Positions 1-13,100 of a stretch of DNA of 64,000 bases are shown here, piece by piece; the stretch's first letter is position 1; each line of letters opens with the position of its first letter. The DNA comes from Styela clava. Lineage: Eukaryota. The notes under the pieces were generated by a model that was not told the origin of the DNA, did not search any database, and saw nothing but the letters and a program-made list of their open reading frames with translations. Position numbers and translations under genes: made by a program. The DNA lies in NCBI RefSeq assembly GCF_964204865.1, contig NC_135254.1, positions 14,446,001-14,510,000 of the forward strand, given 5' to 3'.

Positions 1-636
1 AGCTCTAGTAATTGGTATTTTTTTATATTATCTATTGGTTAGGGTTTTTTCTTAGGAATATCCATACATAGCAATTCAATCTTTGCTGCTGGCGTTAGTC
101 AAAATTATTCGAATCGTCTAAATACGAAGATTGATTACGGTCGGTAAAACCTTTCTGATATGATCAAGTCGTCTTATCGACATTCCGCACCCTCGATTAA
201 CTGTAATTCTTATTCTATTATGGGATGTCACCACTTTAATATATCTATATGAATAACATAATTTTGTTAATAATCAGTTTCAAACTTCTTTATATAACTA
301 TACTCTCTGGTTATTTCTAGCTACATCAAAAAATATCGATAAAAGTGCACCTTTGGAAACCACAATGCAGAGACCGAGCAAAGTAAAACGACCAGTTGCA
401 AGTAGCGGTGGTGCGACGGATGATGGGTCAGGCCACGAACCTAGAGCAAAGCGTGTAAGAACAGAAGACACAATTAAAAAAATAAGAGATAGGGTATGTT
501 TTCACAGCGTATTTGCATTACAGTGCGGTTTTCTTATTTACTCATAACTTTACTAATGCTCATGATTTACTGTGAACTGATTTATTGGGAAGTACGTACT
601 AAGTATGAATGTTCAAAAAATGATAAAGAACCTTAA

Positions 637-1300
637 CCCTTTCCATGCGATTTTTATTTAATAATCGTATTTGCTACGCCGAATTTATGCATTTGTACCC
701 CTCACAACTAATCGATCGACTAACGAAAAACTAATGATCCTCTGCTGCCCAGTGACGGCTCGTTGGAAAGCTTATTTAAAGAGCTTGCAATTGGCGATTA
801 AAAAAAGTTTTTTCAAAAGTGGTGGTCTGAGTCACAAATCGGATAGAAAAAAGGCATTTTTTTTTTAGGGAGTTGAAACTTCAAACTGTGATAAAAAATA
901 GAAATATTCGCTAAATCCTTTACTGTTACCGCTTCGTGGTTGGCAAACAATAGCATAATATTGCTGTAGCAATTTCGTGATCTAACTCAAAATACTTTGG
1001 TAGATGGAAGGGATAATATGTCTTCTATTACCACCCAAAAAACACCGAAATTTGCATAAATTTCAAAAACACTCCCTCGTTCTGCCGCAAATAAAATTCC
1101 CGTCGTAAACGAAAGCGAGATTTACCGTCGCTTATGTTAATCTCGAAGAAGACTTCTTATCAATAAACTAAAACCCGGAAAAACTAGACCAACAGTTTGC
1201 GACCGATTGCTAAATAAAACAGTGGAGTACATCAACGTACCCGCCGCAATCCATCGACTTTTGTCGTTGGTACGTATACGTGCCCACCGCACGGAAAGGG
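637..1300. mobile_element. piggyBac-type MITE
   Basis: TIRs CCCTTTCCATGCG / CGCACGGAAAGGG (12/13), flanked by TTAA at 633-636 and 1301-1304. Absent from the homologous CDC73 intron 3 (~10265). Confidence 0.85.
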
Positions 1301-1496
1301 TTAAAATGTAATGTAAAAAAAATCAAGCCTTCGAACTTAAATAGAATGTCCAATTCTGACCAAATTTGATTCGAAAAATATGTGATTATTCGCAATTTAC
1401 TCTCGATCCCAATCTCTAAAAACGATGATGGCTCCCAAATTGAACTCCAGGTTGACAAAAAATTGCTCTCTCTCATTGGCAAAGATTGATATAAAT

Positions 1497-2051
1497 CAGG
1501 GGTGCGCAATTACTTACTTGACCGGGCTGGTATCAGATAACAAACTCAATAGTAATGTATGAATAAACACAAACAGTTTATTTACAAATAACTAGCATAT
1601 CAGCTAATGTACAAAAAAACAGTTAGTGTACCAAGTAGTGCACAATGATTGATGGGACTGATGTAGCCTACTGCTGCATGTGTTCAAAAGCTACCGGTAG
1701 TATAAATAAGGCTCAGAGCAGCTTAAGCTGATTCTAACTATGGCTTGTAGATGTGAATCTGTTAGACAAGATCTGTTTTTTCTATTGTTAATCTTCATAT
1801 ATCGGAATAATAATTCAGATGGGTAAATTTGAGGTGTATGTGGCTCATTTTGCACATCATATTCAGTTGTGGATAATCCGCAGGGAATTGTTATATCTAT
1901 TTTAGTTGCCGATTTGTTATTTTCACCAATATTTTTGATTGAAATTCATATTCATAAAAACAATAGTCGTAATTTCGGCAGGCACAAGTAAGAAGGATGA
2001 AACACTTCATTGGATCGGATCCGGCCGTGGGTCGTATTTTGCCCATCCTCG
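1497..2051. mobile_element. hAT-type MITE
   Basis: Ends CAGGGGTGCGCAA / TTGCCCATCCTCG, 8-bp TSD ATATAAAT on both sides, empty site at ~10735. A related copy lies at ~45248-45780. Confidence 0.8.
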
Positions 2052-2889
2052 ATATAAATTCACTGGGAGATCTTGTTCTTTCTTTTGTCAACAATGCCAT
2101 TTACAAAGGCTAACAGTATCAAATGCGTTTGACTGATCTTGATTATAATTCTTCTGTACAGCAAAGACTTGTTGAAAAACTTGAAGCAAGAGGTAGTGAC
2201 AAAACTGTAACTACAGAACAAATTAAGTCTCTTACCGACGTGATATCAGTGGAAAAAATTGCTGCAATCAAAGCTAAAATTATGATGAGGAAAAGAAACT
2301 ATCATTCAAGTCAGTGAACTAGAAGAGGTATTTGGTTAGTTTATTTATCTTTAAATTACAACGCCTTTAGTTTATTGGGACTTGTTTTGGATAAAAAATT
2401 TTGTATGATATTGAATAGTTGTATATCAGTATTTTACCTCAAATCCTCTTTGTTGACGTATGCAGTTATTAATTGCACTTGATTCATACCGATAGCTTAT
2501 TGCTATTAGTTATCTTTATTGTAATTCATGAATCAGTTAGTCATACTTTGTTATGTTAGCAGTTGAGGCATTATAGGCAGCTGTGATGTCATCGCAGGTT
2601 ACACAACTAACATTGTATTACTGCTCTGCTCTACATTATTGATCTGATCTACACTTTTTCTTTAAATTCTAGTCTTATTTGTAGTTTTTGTTTGTGAAAT
2701 AGGCGCTTCATGGCTGTATTTTTTGTTTCATTATATTATACAAATATGTTATACTTCAACAATACCTGGGTCATGTGCTAGAGCATTATCTACTTTTGTC
2801 TAGCTATTGATAATGTAAACGGATTTTCAGTGGAAACCTTGATAAAGTTGGCGATATGTGAAAAAGATTCATTTCTCCTCAACTTTTTT

Positions 2890-3102
2890 CTATTCTTTTT
2901 TGTATGCCGTATTTATGCACCATTTGCACTAAACAAGGCTATACACAATGAGCCACTACTAAATAAGGGACAACTATAGTTAGAAACGGCCTGAATTTTT
3001 ATGGTTTGTCATCGTCTAACTAATTTTGTACACCTAAGATTTTAACCTGCAATGCGATGCCATGGTTAAGTCTAACACTTTAACCACTAGGCCAGCGCGC
3101 CA
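2890..3102 (-). mobile_element. Degenerate tRNA-derived SINE, family 2 (duplicated with the CDC73 copy)
   Basis: Minus strand TGGCCTAGTGGTT A-box-like head; homologous to 11830-12057. Confidence 0.45.
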
Positions 3103-3247
3103 CCAAAAACAACATACCATTTTCAATCTGCATGATCAAATATACATTGAATTTTCAGGAGTCACAGCTCAAGATGGAGGATTTGCAGAAAAACCAGAAT
3201 CTTTTGACTTGACGTCTGAAATTGTATCAAGGGAAAGAAGATGAAGA

Positions 3248-3390
3248 AGGTCAGGCCATAAATCCAGGTACAAATAATACGGGAGTCACTTGGCTAGTCC
3301 CCGAACTTGTGATTGAACTGAAATAAAGACAATTTGGATAAAATTATGGCCTAGCCTGGTACACATATTACGTTCCAGTGTCCGCCATCT
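3248..3390. mobile_element. Repeat fragment at the CDC73 duplicate breakpoint
   Basis: Reverse complement (cgtaatatgtgtaccaggctaggccataattt) matches the element at 50915-51132 (cgtagtatgtgcaccaggttaggccataattt). Confidence 0.6.
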
Positions 3391-4172
3391 TTTTTCACAT
3401 ATAGCTCCCTTTGATAGCTCCCAGATTTGCATGCAGTGATGCTAGAACGACTGTTCAGGAGCGATTCAAGTTACGGTAAATACTTCAAGGGTGAAAAGAT
3501 TAAAATAAATACTTGATCTCAGAGAAGTCATACGTGTACCTTCTTGCATGAAGCAATTTCAAACTAAGAGCAAATGAAGAAATTGAATATGGATTTATGC
3601 ATAAAATATCCAAGTTATATAATATTATTCCTTTATTTGAATTATTTTCACAGAATCACAGTGTTATACTTTTTTAGGTTTCTGGAGCCGTGCTTCCGTT
3701 TCAAATCTTCCTTACAGTTACACTTTCTCATTCTTTAAAGGCGTTGAAATTCGGTTAAAAATTTAAAAATTACGATTTCAAATTCTAGCATTTCATTAGG
3801 CTATATATATATATCGACTTGGTCAATTGATTATTTGATTATACAATAATTTTGATTTTGGATAATTTTTATTTTTTGTACTTAAGCGACGGATTTTAAA
3901 ATCATTCGTTTTGATTGGCTGTCTAATACTGAACTTACAAATAGCACGCCTACTGCTTTCAAATTTTTTTCTTGAACACTGTTTCCCTCCACCATCTTTC
4001 TCACAAAGACTTCTTGTGATTGTTACGCTTTCATTTTTTGTGTTTTTTCTTTATAGCCTCTTTCGAGTTGTGGTAAAATTTGGCAGAGAATATGGTTTAT
4101 TACACACTTAAGGAGTTATTTGTAAGCACAAACATTTCGATTTAATTTTGGCAAAAATATTGCAGCCTACTT

Positions 4173-4830
4173 CAGGGGTCTCTAACACGCAGCCCTGAAA
4201 GCAATTTTTTGCGGCCTGCGCCGTCGTTGAGATTTTTCCAGAAAAAAACTAAAATAGGACAATGTCAACTATGAGTTTTATCGTATTCATATTTATTCTA
4301 TTGTAATAATTAAATGGTTAATTCAATAATTTTCATTTCGTTTTTATTATGACGAAATAAATAAGTTTCGGTCAGATCATTGAAGTGTGTATTTATGAAT
4401 GATTAATTCTGCATATGCGCAGTTAACGCAAAACTAGATTAAGACCAACATTTTTAATAAAGTAGTAAACCCATAGGCAATTTCTAATAAGCGTAAATGT
4501 TCGGAAGAGCACAGAATAATTTAAGAGAATTGGGAGAATCTGTATTTTGTGTGAAATTATAACAAGGTTCGGTGTCTCATCTGTTGTGCAATTATTGCTG
4601 TTTGAAAATAATACAACATTCGACGACTATACGGCTCATTACACAGGGAAAAATACCATGTGTATACTGGAACAATTCGTCACGAAAAGGTACGGCAATT
4701 AAAATTTTCACTGATGAAACAGAAATTTTTTCTCTACAAACAAAACGTGTGAAGATTCGGTGAAAGTTTGCTTTGCCATAAGTGAGATGATTGCGAAATC
4801 GTCTCGTCCTTTGGTTGAAGGAAATCGGCC
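4173..4830 (+). mobile_element. Degenerate hAT (Charlie/Buster/SPIN, GTF2IRD2-like) transposon 5' part
   Basis: CAGGGGTCTCTAACAC terminus. Broken frames read KRKCSEEHR..W..YF..CLIC..AV..YNIRRLY and FAISEMIAKSSRPLVEG, typical N-terminal motifs of this transposase group; stops and frameshifts are present. Confidence 0.7.
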
Positions 4831-5614
4831 TTTTGCATACGACTATAGCAAACCAACACAATATAAGCCCAACGTCGAGTCTCTCGGCGCTACAAACAAA
4901 ATATCCAGTAGGACTACAAGTAATGAATATGCTTCATGTCTGGTTTGGTGTAAGATTCAAGTGTAATTTCAACAAATATCTTCAGATTTCTTTCGTATAT
5001 CAATTTTGGGACCTCCTGAAGTATGCGCACGAAGATGGCGCACAACCTGAACTCAGGTTAGTGTTCAGGTTATGCGACATTTTCACCATTTTCTGATTCT
5101 TATATATCAGAGAGAGAGTGATGCCTAACGCTTAGTACGATGCGCCACACCATCGAGATCTCTTGTTATGCTTCGTAGTAGGCTACATTAACTCAGGGAC
5201 CAAATGTATTATATAAAAGCACGCCACGGTTTTTATTAAGATAGTGGGAGAGACAAGGATAACAGAATATATTCGTAAGATATTGTAGCGTTATGACGAT
5301 CAAGTTGGCAATAATATTGTCACGGTAGAAGTTGTTGCTACAGTGGTTGAAGATGAATCAGAAGACTCAAGGGTTCCGGATTGGTTGTTTATTGTATGGC
5401 AACTTCGCAATATAAACTTAACAAAAGAACGCAACCGACCTCCAGCACGACGGTCGGAGAAGGAAAGCGGAAGACACAGTTTTTCTCCTAATTATGTGTA
5501 ATGAGTGGTCGGAGTCCAAATCCGACAAAACAAGGGTCAACATAACTGTTTATAAACACAAAATATATATACCACTGATATACACACACAATATCTATAT
5601 GCTCATTGACATAT

Positions 5615-5795
5615 GCTTCCTCCACCACCAAGTCCATGCTTCCGAAAACAAACAATACAGTAAAAACTAATCCCATACCAGACTTGGAATGGTAACCGGA
5701 CGAGAGGCCGTGGTTCGCCATATGGATAAGCCGTCTTATCGGCTTTCCTCTCCCCCGGGATAAATATGTAAATCCTATCCTAAATCCTATCCTAT
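5615..5795 (+). mobile_element. tRNA-derived SINE family 1, 5'-truncated, (ATCCT)n tail
   Basis: Near-identical to the 3' half of the full-length copies at 49625-49950 and 54418-54756. Confidence 0.85.
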
Positions 5796-5989
5796 ATGTT
5801 AATTGTGTGCTGTGTGTATTGATACTGAGGTAGGTATTTGAATATATTAGTTATAAATGGTGTGAGCAAGGACAAAAGAATTTTTTCCACAGGATTCCTT
5901 CAGAATGTGAGATTTATCATAATCAGTCGATAATGGCGATGTAGCCTGAAAAACAAGAAAACAATCTGCGAGTAGGTGTTTAAATGAAT

Positions 5990-6280
5990 GATTATCTGGA
6001 AACATGGTGTCCTCTTATTTATTTAGAGATGAATGAAAATGTTACCACCGGATTCTGTGTTCAACCTGTTCACTGCACTGTATTTCCAAAAAATATGCAA
6101 TTATTGTTTTGTGGCAATGCCAATAAATCTCTCTCCCAGCTGCAAAGAGTATGTTGGCTCAAAGCGTATATATATAATGGACCTTTCCCCAACCTTTGAC
6201 CCCCGACAAATTCTTCCTATACTTTACCAAAATTTTCGGGGCTATTTTAAGAGTGCTTTTGCGAAATGCCGCTTGTAAAA
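5990..6280 (+). mobile_element. Possible eroded LINE ORF2 C-terminal remnant
   Basis: Frames read LPPDSVFNLFTALYF..NYC and CGNANKSLSQLQRV, weakly resembling the post-RT 'LY.SL..P.L.YC..WG......L..LQ' motif of CR1/L2-like LINEs. Confidence 0.25.
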
Positions 6281-6710
6281 TGGGGTATGTGTTTCGAACC
6301 AGCATTATGATTCATCGCATACAATAATCTGTATTTTTAAAAGTACCGGTAGAGAATTTTAGCCCAGTCTATCACAGCTATTTCTACACTAATATTTCAT
6401 TACTGCAATTGAATTGAAACTCCCAGGAAGAAGAGTGATCATTGAATTATCTGATTTATATTTAAGTTTCCGAAACACAACTGAAAACTAGCGAATAGAG
6501 TTCAGAAACACGAAAACGAGGTAATGTTCACGACCACGTTTGAAAATCTGTCTGAGCGGATGCTAAGAGGGAACATTGTTACGTCACTTTTTGAATCTTG
6601 CTGATTAGCCAATGTCCCGAAGTAAAGAAGGAAGTCGATGCTTGGGAAAAGGTCCATACTGGCTGGGTTTCCTCTGTTTTGCATACCGGTAGCCGTCTCC
6701 AAGTTTTTTG

Positions 6711-6808
6711 CGGTATCTCACATTGCTGTCTTGGCTTGTTATTATTAATGCGGTTTTTACCGGTATCTCACATTGCTGTCTTGGCTTGTTATTATTAATG
6801 CGGTTTTG
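6711..6808. repeat. Direct tandem duplication, ~50-bp unit x2
   Basis: cggtatctcacattgctgtcttggcttgttattattaatgcggtttt at 6711 and 6761. Confidence 0.9.
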
Positions 6809-7183
6809 TTAAAGTGAATATAGTCACTTTGGTTTTGTTAGAAACGGACATCTGCCAGAATGTACGGTACCGGTCTACCTGAAGTGTTGCTGCGCGAGTG
6901 CAAAGTGACTATCGTATCGACTGGACCTAAACACAGAAACAGGATCGGTCGTTGCTGTTTTGCGAGCTTTTTTGTGGTACCGGTACCGTACTTTTCTGGT
7001 TTACACTAGTTCAGTAATTACAGAATTAGATACCGCAGTAGACTACGGTACCGTTACCGGTAGGTTTTCACAAATAATAAAGTACGGTACTGTTTGCACT
7101 TGTAAGACTTGTAGTAACTTTTATGTCAATTTGTTAGAGAGTTTAGTTAGTTACGGTAACTGTTTAATTAGTTAACTGTCAAA

Positions 7184-10100
7184 ATGGCGGATGCACTCAG
7201 CCTTCTACGAGAGTACAATATGGCGAAGAAGAAGATTGAAGAACATGATGGCTATATCACGTTCGGAGACTTCTCATGGCCCAAAAATATAAAAACTAAT
7301 TATCCAATTTGGGGGTGAGTGACTTGTTTATGATTTTTCAATATTCTGCATAATAAATTTCAAAATGCTTGATTGATTAGTTTAATTTTGTATTTTATTA
7401 ATCTCTAATGTTAAAATTCCATGTACATTTATTGGAGCTCGAAACTATATTATATATACTTATAAATTGTTGTTCATGAATTTCTTTTTTCAATTCCTTT
7501 TCAATTATTTTATTTTCACGAGAGTGTTTAATGGTGTATTGCAGGGGTCGGCAACCTTTTGAACTCCGCGTGCCATTTTATGAATAATGAGCACCTTCGC
7601 GTGCCAAACATTTTTATGTGTTTGGTTTGCATAATCAACTACCTGATTTGAATAGTCGGAATCGGCTCAATTATTATTATTTATCGCCTCAAAATCCCTG
7701 CGGCTTTTTCGACGGATAATATATAATGATTTTTCTGTTGTGCAAAGCAATCAATCCATGACCGATACGGCCATATTTATAATGTCATGCTATATTATAA
7801 TTTACTCGTATTCAATTTAACCTGCAGTTGCGTCGACAATATAAACGCATTCGCATCACTACCCTAAAATACCACATCAATCCGCGGACATAAAAATGTG
7901 TGGTAAACTTCCTGGTTATATCTAGTTTTGATCCGTATTTTACCAATTTTGCGAATTCGACAAATCTGAGCTGTACTTGCAAAAATGACTCCGTTCTATC
8001 GCAATGCTGCCACTCAGATTTTGTTTTTGATGATGAAACCGTTAGAAAAATCCCTAAATCTGCTATAAAAGCTCACAGAGTAAAATTTATTTTGGTACAA
8101 TAAAAATTGATTGAATATACTTTAATTAATTATCTTATATCTCAACACGACTCGATCGGGAAAAAGTCACGTTTCCAACCTTATAATATGAAATGTATAA
8201 TATTAACACGAAAATTCCCGACGGCAATTTAAAGTAATTGATAAAAAGGTAAATCCGCGCAACATTTAACCGTGTTTCTATTCTAATGGCCGCTCAAACT
8301 TATGTGTGCAATAGGCACACGAAATTTTACAATGCCTAAAGAAGCAGTTTTAATCTGTCACGGGCCTCGTACAACAAATTATTTACGGTTCTATTTTTAG
8401 TATTTTATATTGCCGCTTTTCAATAAAAAAATTTGCGTCGCTGCTCCACTCCTTTTAGACTTAAAGCAACTCGCTGCCGATTATTGTATAATAACTCTCA
8501 GCCAATTCACAATTCTGGGCGAATACAAAAATAAAATAGTTATTATCGTTGACGTGAAATACTTTTTGTGATTCTGGGAGAATAAACACCGACTTAAAAG
8601 TGTTTACGGTCAGAATAACACGTCACGCTGACAAAAATAATTGGCGATTTTAGCAAAAAGCTGTACGAATCGCCCAAAAGTATGAATTGATGAAATAATA
8701 TTCAATATTTCACGATTATCAAAGGGCAAAAAGTAACCCAACAATAGTATAAAAAGTTGCTAGTAGGTGAACGAGTAGTTTCAGGTAGCGAAGCGTTTCT
8801 GAAGTAGCCAAATCTGGCACCGCTGCACCGCATATGCTTATCTACACTGAATTCCCGTACAGATTTAGGCCTCTGATCCATCGCTTTTCCGAAAGTAACG
8901 AAAAGTGGCAACAATTTCGGCAGTTTAACATCACATGTTTTTTCAAAGGATTTGTCGAATTGTTAATTTTTGTTCAAATGTAGAATTTTGGTCGAACTAC
9001 TAAAATAAATATCTGATCTGCATCAAATCACTTGGCGTGCAATGAGAAATCCTCTCACGTGCCAGGGGTTGCCGACCCCTGGTGTATTGCTTGCATCATT
9101 CATTTCCATACTTCATTGATCTGCATAACTGACGCTTTTAGGCATATGTTTTTTATACTCATATAGAATAAGTAGCCGTAAAATATGAATATATTATGAA
9201 GAATGTCTACTATTTCTTCTAAAAATGACATTTATTCACATGATTGTCTCATTATTTTAATAGCATTGTTAATTTTTAGTAAGAAAAGTATGCTTCAATT
9301 ATTGCATATCAGAGTGGGGATAGCTATTTATCATATATTAGTTGTGTATTATTAAATTCTCATTTTGTATTCTATTGGCAATATACAAATTCTCAAAATT
9401 TCTCATTATTTTCTGCCTTATCAGAACTGGTAAGGATGGAAATGCAAAGGAATATTACACTTTGGACTCAATCCTCTTTCTTCTGAAGAATATTAAATTG
9501 TCACATCCCCTGTACGTACGTCATGCTGCTGCAGAAGATATTCCTGTTGTCCGAAGACCAGACAGAAAAGATCTTCTCAGTTACCTGGATGGAGAAATTT
9601 GTAATTGTTATTTTTTCACATTATCTATCGGTTTGAAAAAAAAAAATTCCAGGAATATTCATACATAACAATTCAATTTTTGCTGCTAGTCAAAATTATT
9701 TAAATCGTCTTAATTCGTAGATTGATTACGCTCAGTAAAACCTTTGGTTCTGATATGAATAAGCCATCTTATCGACTTTCCTCACTCTGGGATAGATGTG
9801 ATAATTCTATGCTTTTACATTATGGGATGTTACAATGTTAATATATCTATTATGAATAATCTAACATTCATTAAGATCTGAGACATCCTCAATGCTTAAA
9901 AAACCTAATTTTGTTATTATTCATCTCAAAACTTCTTTATAACTATACTCTCTGGTTATTTCTAGCTACATCAAATAATATCGATAAAAGTGCACCTTTG
10001 GAAATCACAATGCAGAGACCGAGCAAAGTAAAACGACCAGTTGCAAGTAGCGCTGGTACGACGGATGATGGGTCAAGTCAAGAACCCGGAGCGAAGCGTG

Positions 10101-13100
10101 CAAGAACAGAAGACGCAACTAAAATAATAAGAGATAGGGTATGTTTTCACAGCGTATTTCATTAACTTCCTTATTTACTCATTACTTTGCTATTTACTGT
10201 AAACCGACTTACTGGGACCAACTGAGATTTCGTGCTATGAAAATTAAAAATGATAATGGACCTCATTTAAATGTGACAGAGAATGAAGTCTTTAAAACTT
10301 ACATAAAATGTCCAGATCTATCTACTAAACAAATTTGGGTCTGTTTCAATAATATTTGAAAAATCCATGTTAAAAAAATTTGGTTGAAGTCGATTTGCAC
10401 TCATTTAGTGAATCAATTTTATAATATCTTAAATAGATATGAATTGTGAATCGTTGATTAATTATATATCCCGCTTGTCAACAGAACTGTGTAAAATGTA
10501 CACCTGAACCCCACAAAATGAAACAAAGGTTCCCTCTTAATAAGGCTCTTAGTTGACAAAAATTTGATTCCTGTTTCTGACAACCAAATTTTAGTGATAA
10601 AGACTTATCCACAGAAATATGCAAGCCTGCTTTAATTGTCTGTATAAAAAATACTTTGACTTTTCATTATCACCAATAAAAATCTAAAATTGGACTCCAA
10701 CTGACTCGACTTTCTTGCTCGGGCAAAGATTGATATAGATGGACAGGCAGATTTTGTTGTTACTTTTGTCAACAATGCCGTTTACAAAGGCTAACAATAT
10801 CAAATTTGACTGATCTTGAATCAAATTTTTTTATACAGCAAAGACTTGTTGAGAGGCTTGAAGCAAGAGGTAGTGACAAAACTGTAACAACAGAACAAAT
10901 TAAATCTCTTTCCGACACAATATCAGTAGAAAAAATTGCTGCAATCAAAGCTAAAATTATGGCGAGAAAAAGAAAAACTATCAGACAAGTCGGTGAACCA
11001 GAAGAGGAGTTTGGTTAGTTTATTTCTCTATGATGCTTTAAATTACGACGCCTTTGGTTTATTGGGGCTTCTTTTGGAAATATTAAAATCTTTATTTTTG
11101 TATGACAGGCCCATTGAATATTAGTATATCAGTATTTTTACTCAAATCTTCATTGTTGCTGTATCCTGTATGTAGTTATGAATAGTACTTGATTCACATC
11201 AATTACTTATTGCTAATAGTTGACTTCATTGTGATTCATGAATCAGTTAGTCATACTTTGTTTTTGTCAGCGGTTAAGGCATTATAATTAGCTGTGATGG
11301 CATCGTAGGTTACACATTCAGATTCAAAGCCCATGCTACCAACTCAACCAATGTATAATAAATTAGGCAAGCAATGCCGAACTGGAAAGATTAGTAGCGT
11401 TTAATAAAATTTAAAGATATCAGTGGGAGCTTGTACAGGCCCTTTTTCAGGGTGAAAGTTTATATTAGGCGTTGTATGAAAAATTGGCATTTTGCCTTAC
11501 TGCTCTTTATTATTGGCTTACACTTCTTTCTTTAAATTCTTTTTCTAATGATATTTGTAGTTTTTTGTGAAATAGGCACTCTTGTTTCTATTTAGCTGTA
11601 TATTTTGAATTTTTCACAAATGTGGTATTACACTCCTAATTGACCTGAGTCATTTGCTTGAACGTTATCTAGCTATGGGATCTGATAATAGTAGACTATA
11701 TTCCAGTGAAAGCCCTGACAAAATTTGCAATAGGTAAATATTCATTTCTCCAGTTGCATAGAATAATCAATTATATTTTAAAATAAATATATTTAGGAAC
11801 GGTTAACGAAGTATACCTCAACTTTTTTCTCTTCTTTTTTGTATGCCATATTTATACACCTTCTACTCTGAACGAGGCTATGCACAAAGAGGCACTGCTT
11901 GGTAAGGGGCGACTATAGTTTGAAAGGGCCGCACGCAATCTTTATGGTTCGTTATTGCCTACCCAATTTATTACGCTCTGGGATATGAACCCGATATTTT
12001 ACCCCAACTAAAAGTCATGATAGTTAAAAATGCTTGAACCACTAGGCCACAGCACCCATCACAAACAACATGAAATTCTCGAACTGCATGATCAAATATA
12101 CATTGAATTTTTCAGGAGTCCAAGCGCCGGATGGAGGATTTGCAGACGAACCAGAATCTTTTGACTTGACGTCTGAAATAGTATCCAGAGAAAGAAGATG
12201 GAGAACAAGATCGACTGTGTTACAAAGTGCTGGAAAAGATTTCAGCAAAAACGTTTTTTCTATTTTGTCATCAATTAAAGCTCGAGAAGAAGGAAGATCA
12301 GCAAATGACAGAGAAACAAGTGTCAATAATGTTTCATCTTCATCAAATTCACAAAGCTCATCAAGGCAGGCAGCTGCTGTGAGTTTTTTTCCATGTTCAG
12401 TTTTTTAAAAAAAAAAGTGGTTTCAAGTATTAAATCAAATTTTAATATGCGTTTCTTTGAGTTCAGAAAATTTTTATTTTGTTCAATGAAGGGAAATTTG
12501 AAAATTTTCTAGATATCGATATTACTTAATAATGAACAATGACTTCATACTTTAATACCATACATCCTCGCATATAAGCCGATTTTGAAACTCAAAAAAA
12601 AAATTGCTAACTAAACAAAACTTCTCTTATGCAACCATTTGCTGTGATAGGTGCGTACGACGTGTTACGATTTGTAGGGTCAGCTTATATGCAAATTTTC
12701 ATAAATTTATAGTTTTAGTGCCGTTTTTAGGGTGTCGGCTTATATGCGAGGGTATATAGTGATTGCAAATGTGAATTAATTCATTTAGTTTACTTATTAC
12801 ATGACTTAGCATCATGTTTTATCCCCTGATTTAGAAGATTTTGAACAAAACAACAAAGAACTACTGGTAGATTATTATTCTAAATCTAACTTTGGGTTCT
12901 ATAAATGCCAATCTGCTAGATATTATAATGTACTTGCAATTATCTAAGATGCACAATATTTACAGGCATTGAGAAAGCCAAGTGCACCTGCGCCTGGATA
13001 CAGCAGATATGATCAAGAACGGTTCAGGGGTGGAAAAGAAGAAACTTTGGGATTCAGGATTGATACTATGGGTTCCTATCACGACATGAGTTTAAAATCT

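Larger units (their letters stand above)
1..3247 (+). pseudogene. Partial tandem duplicate of CDC73 (intron 2 to mid exon 5; begins before window), disabled
   Basis: Exon copies 321-493, 2162-2334 and 3159-~3247 align to CDC73 exons 3-5 (9966-10138, 10839-11013, 12116-), and introns are homologous too. A 2-nt deletion in exon 4 (AGAAACTATC vs AGAAAAACTATC) gives TGA at 2315-2317. TGG>TGA at 3242-3244. Homology stops at ~3247. Confidence 0.9.

Noticed and set aside
3242-3244. In-frame TGA as selenocysteine or readthrough codon
   Set aside because: It replaces a conserved Trp, lies downstream of a frameshift, and homology ends a few nt later.
5488-5721. Similar short ORFs MANHGLSSGY../MANPGLSSGY.. 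(also 54484-54810, 49621-49860) as a gene family
   Set aside because: They are antisense readings of the same SINE.
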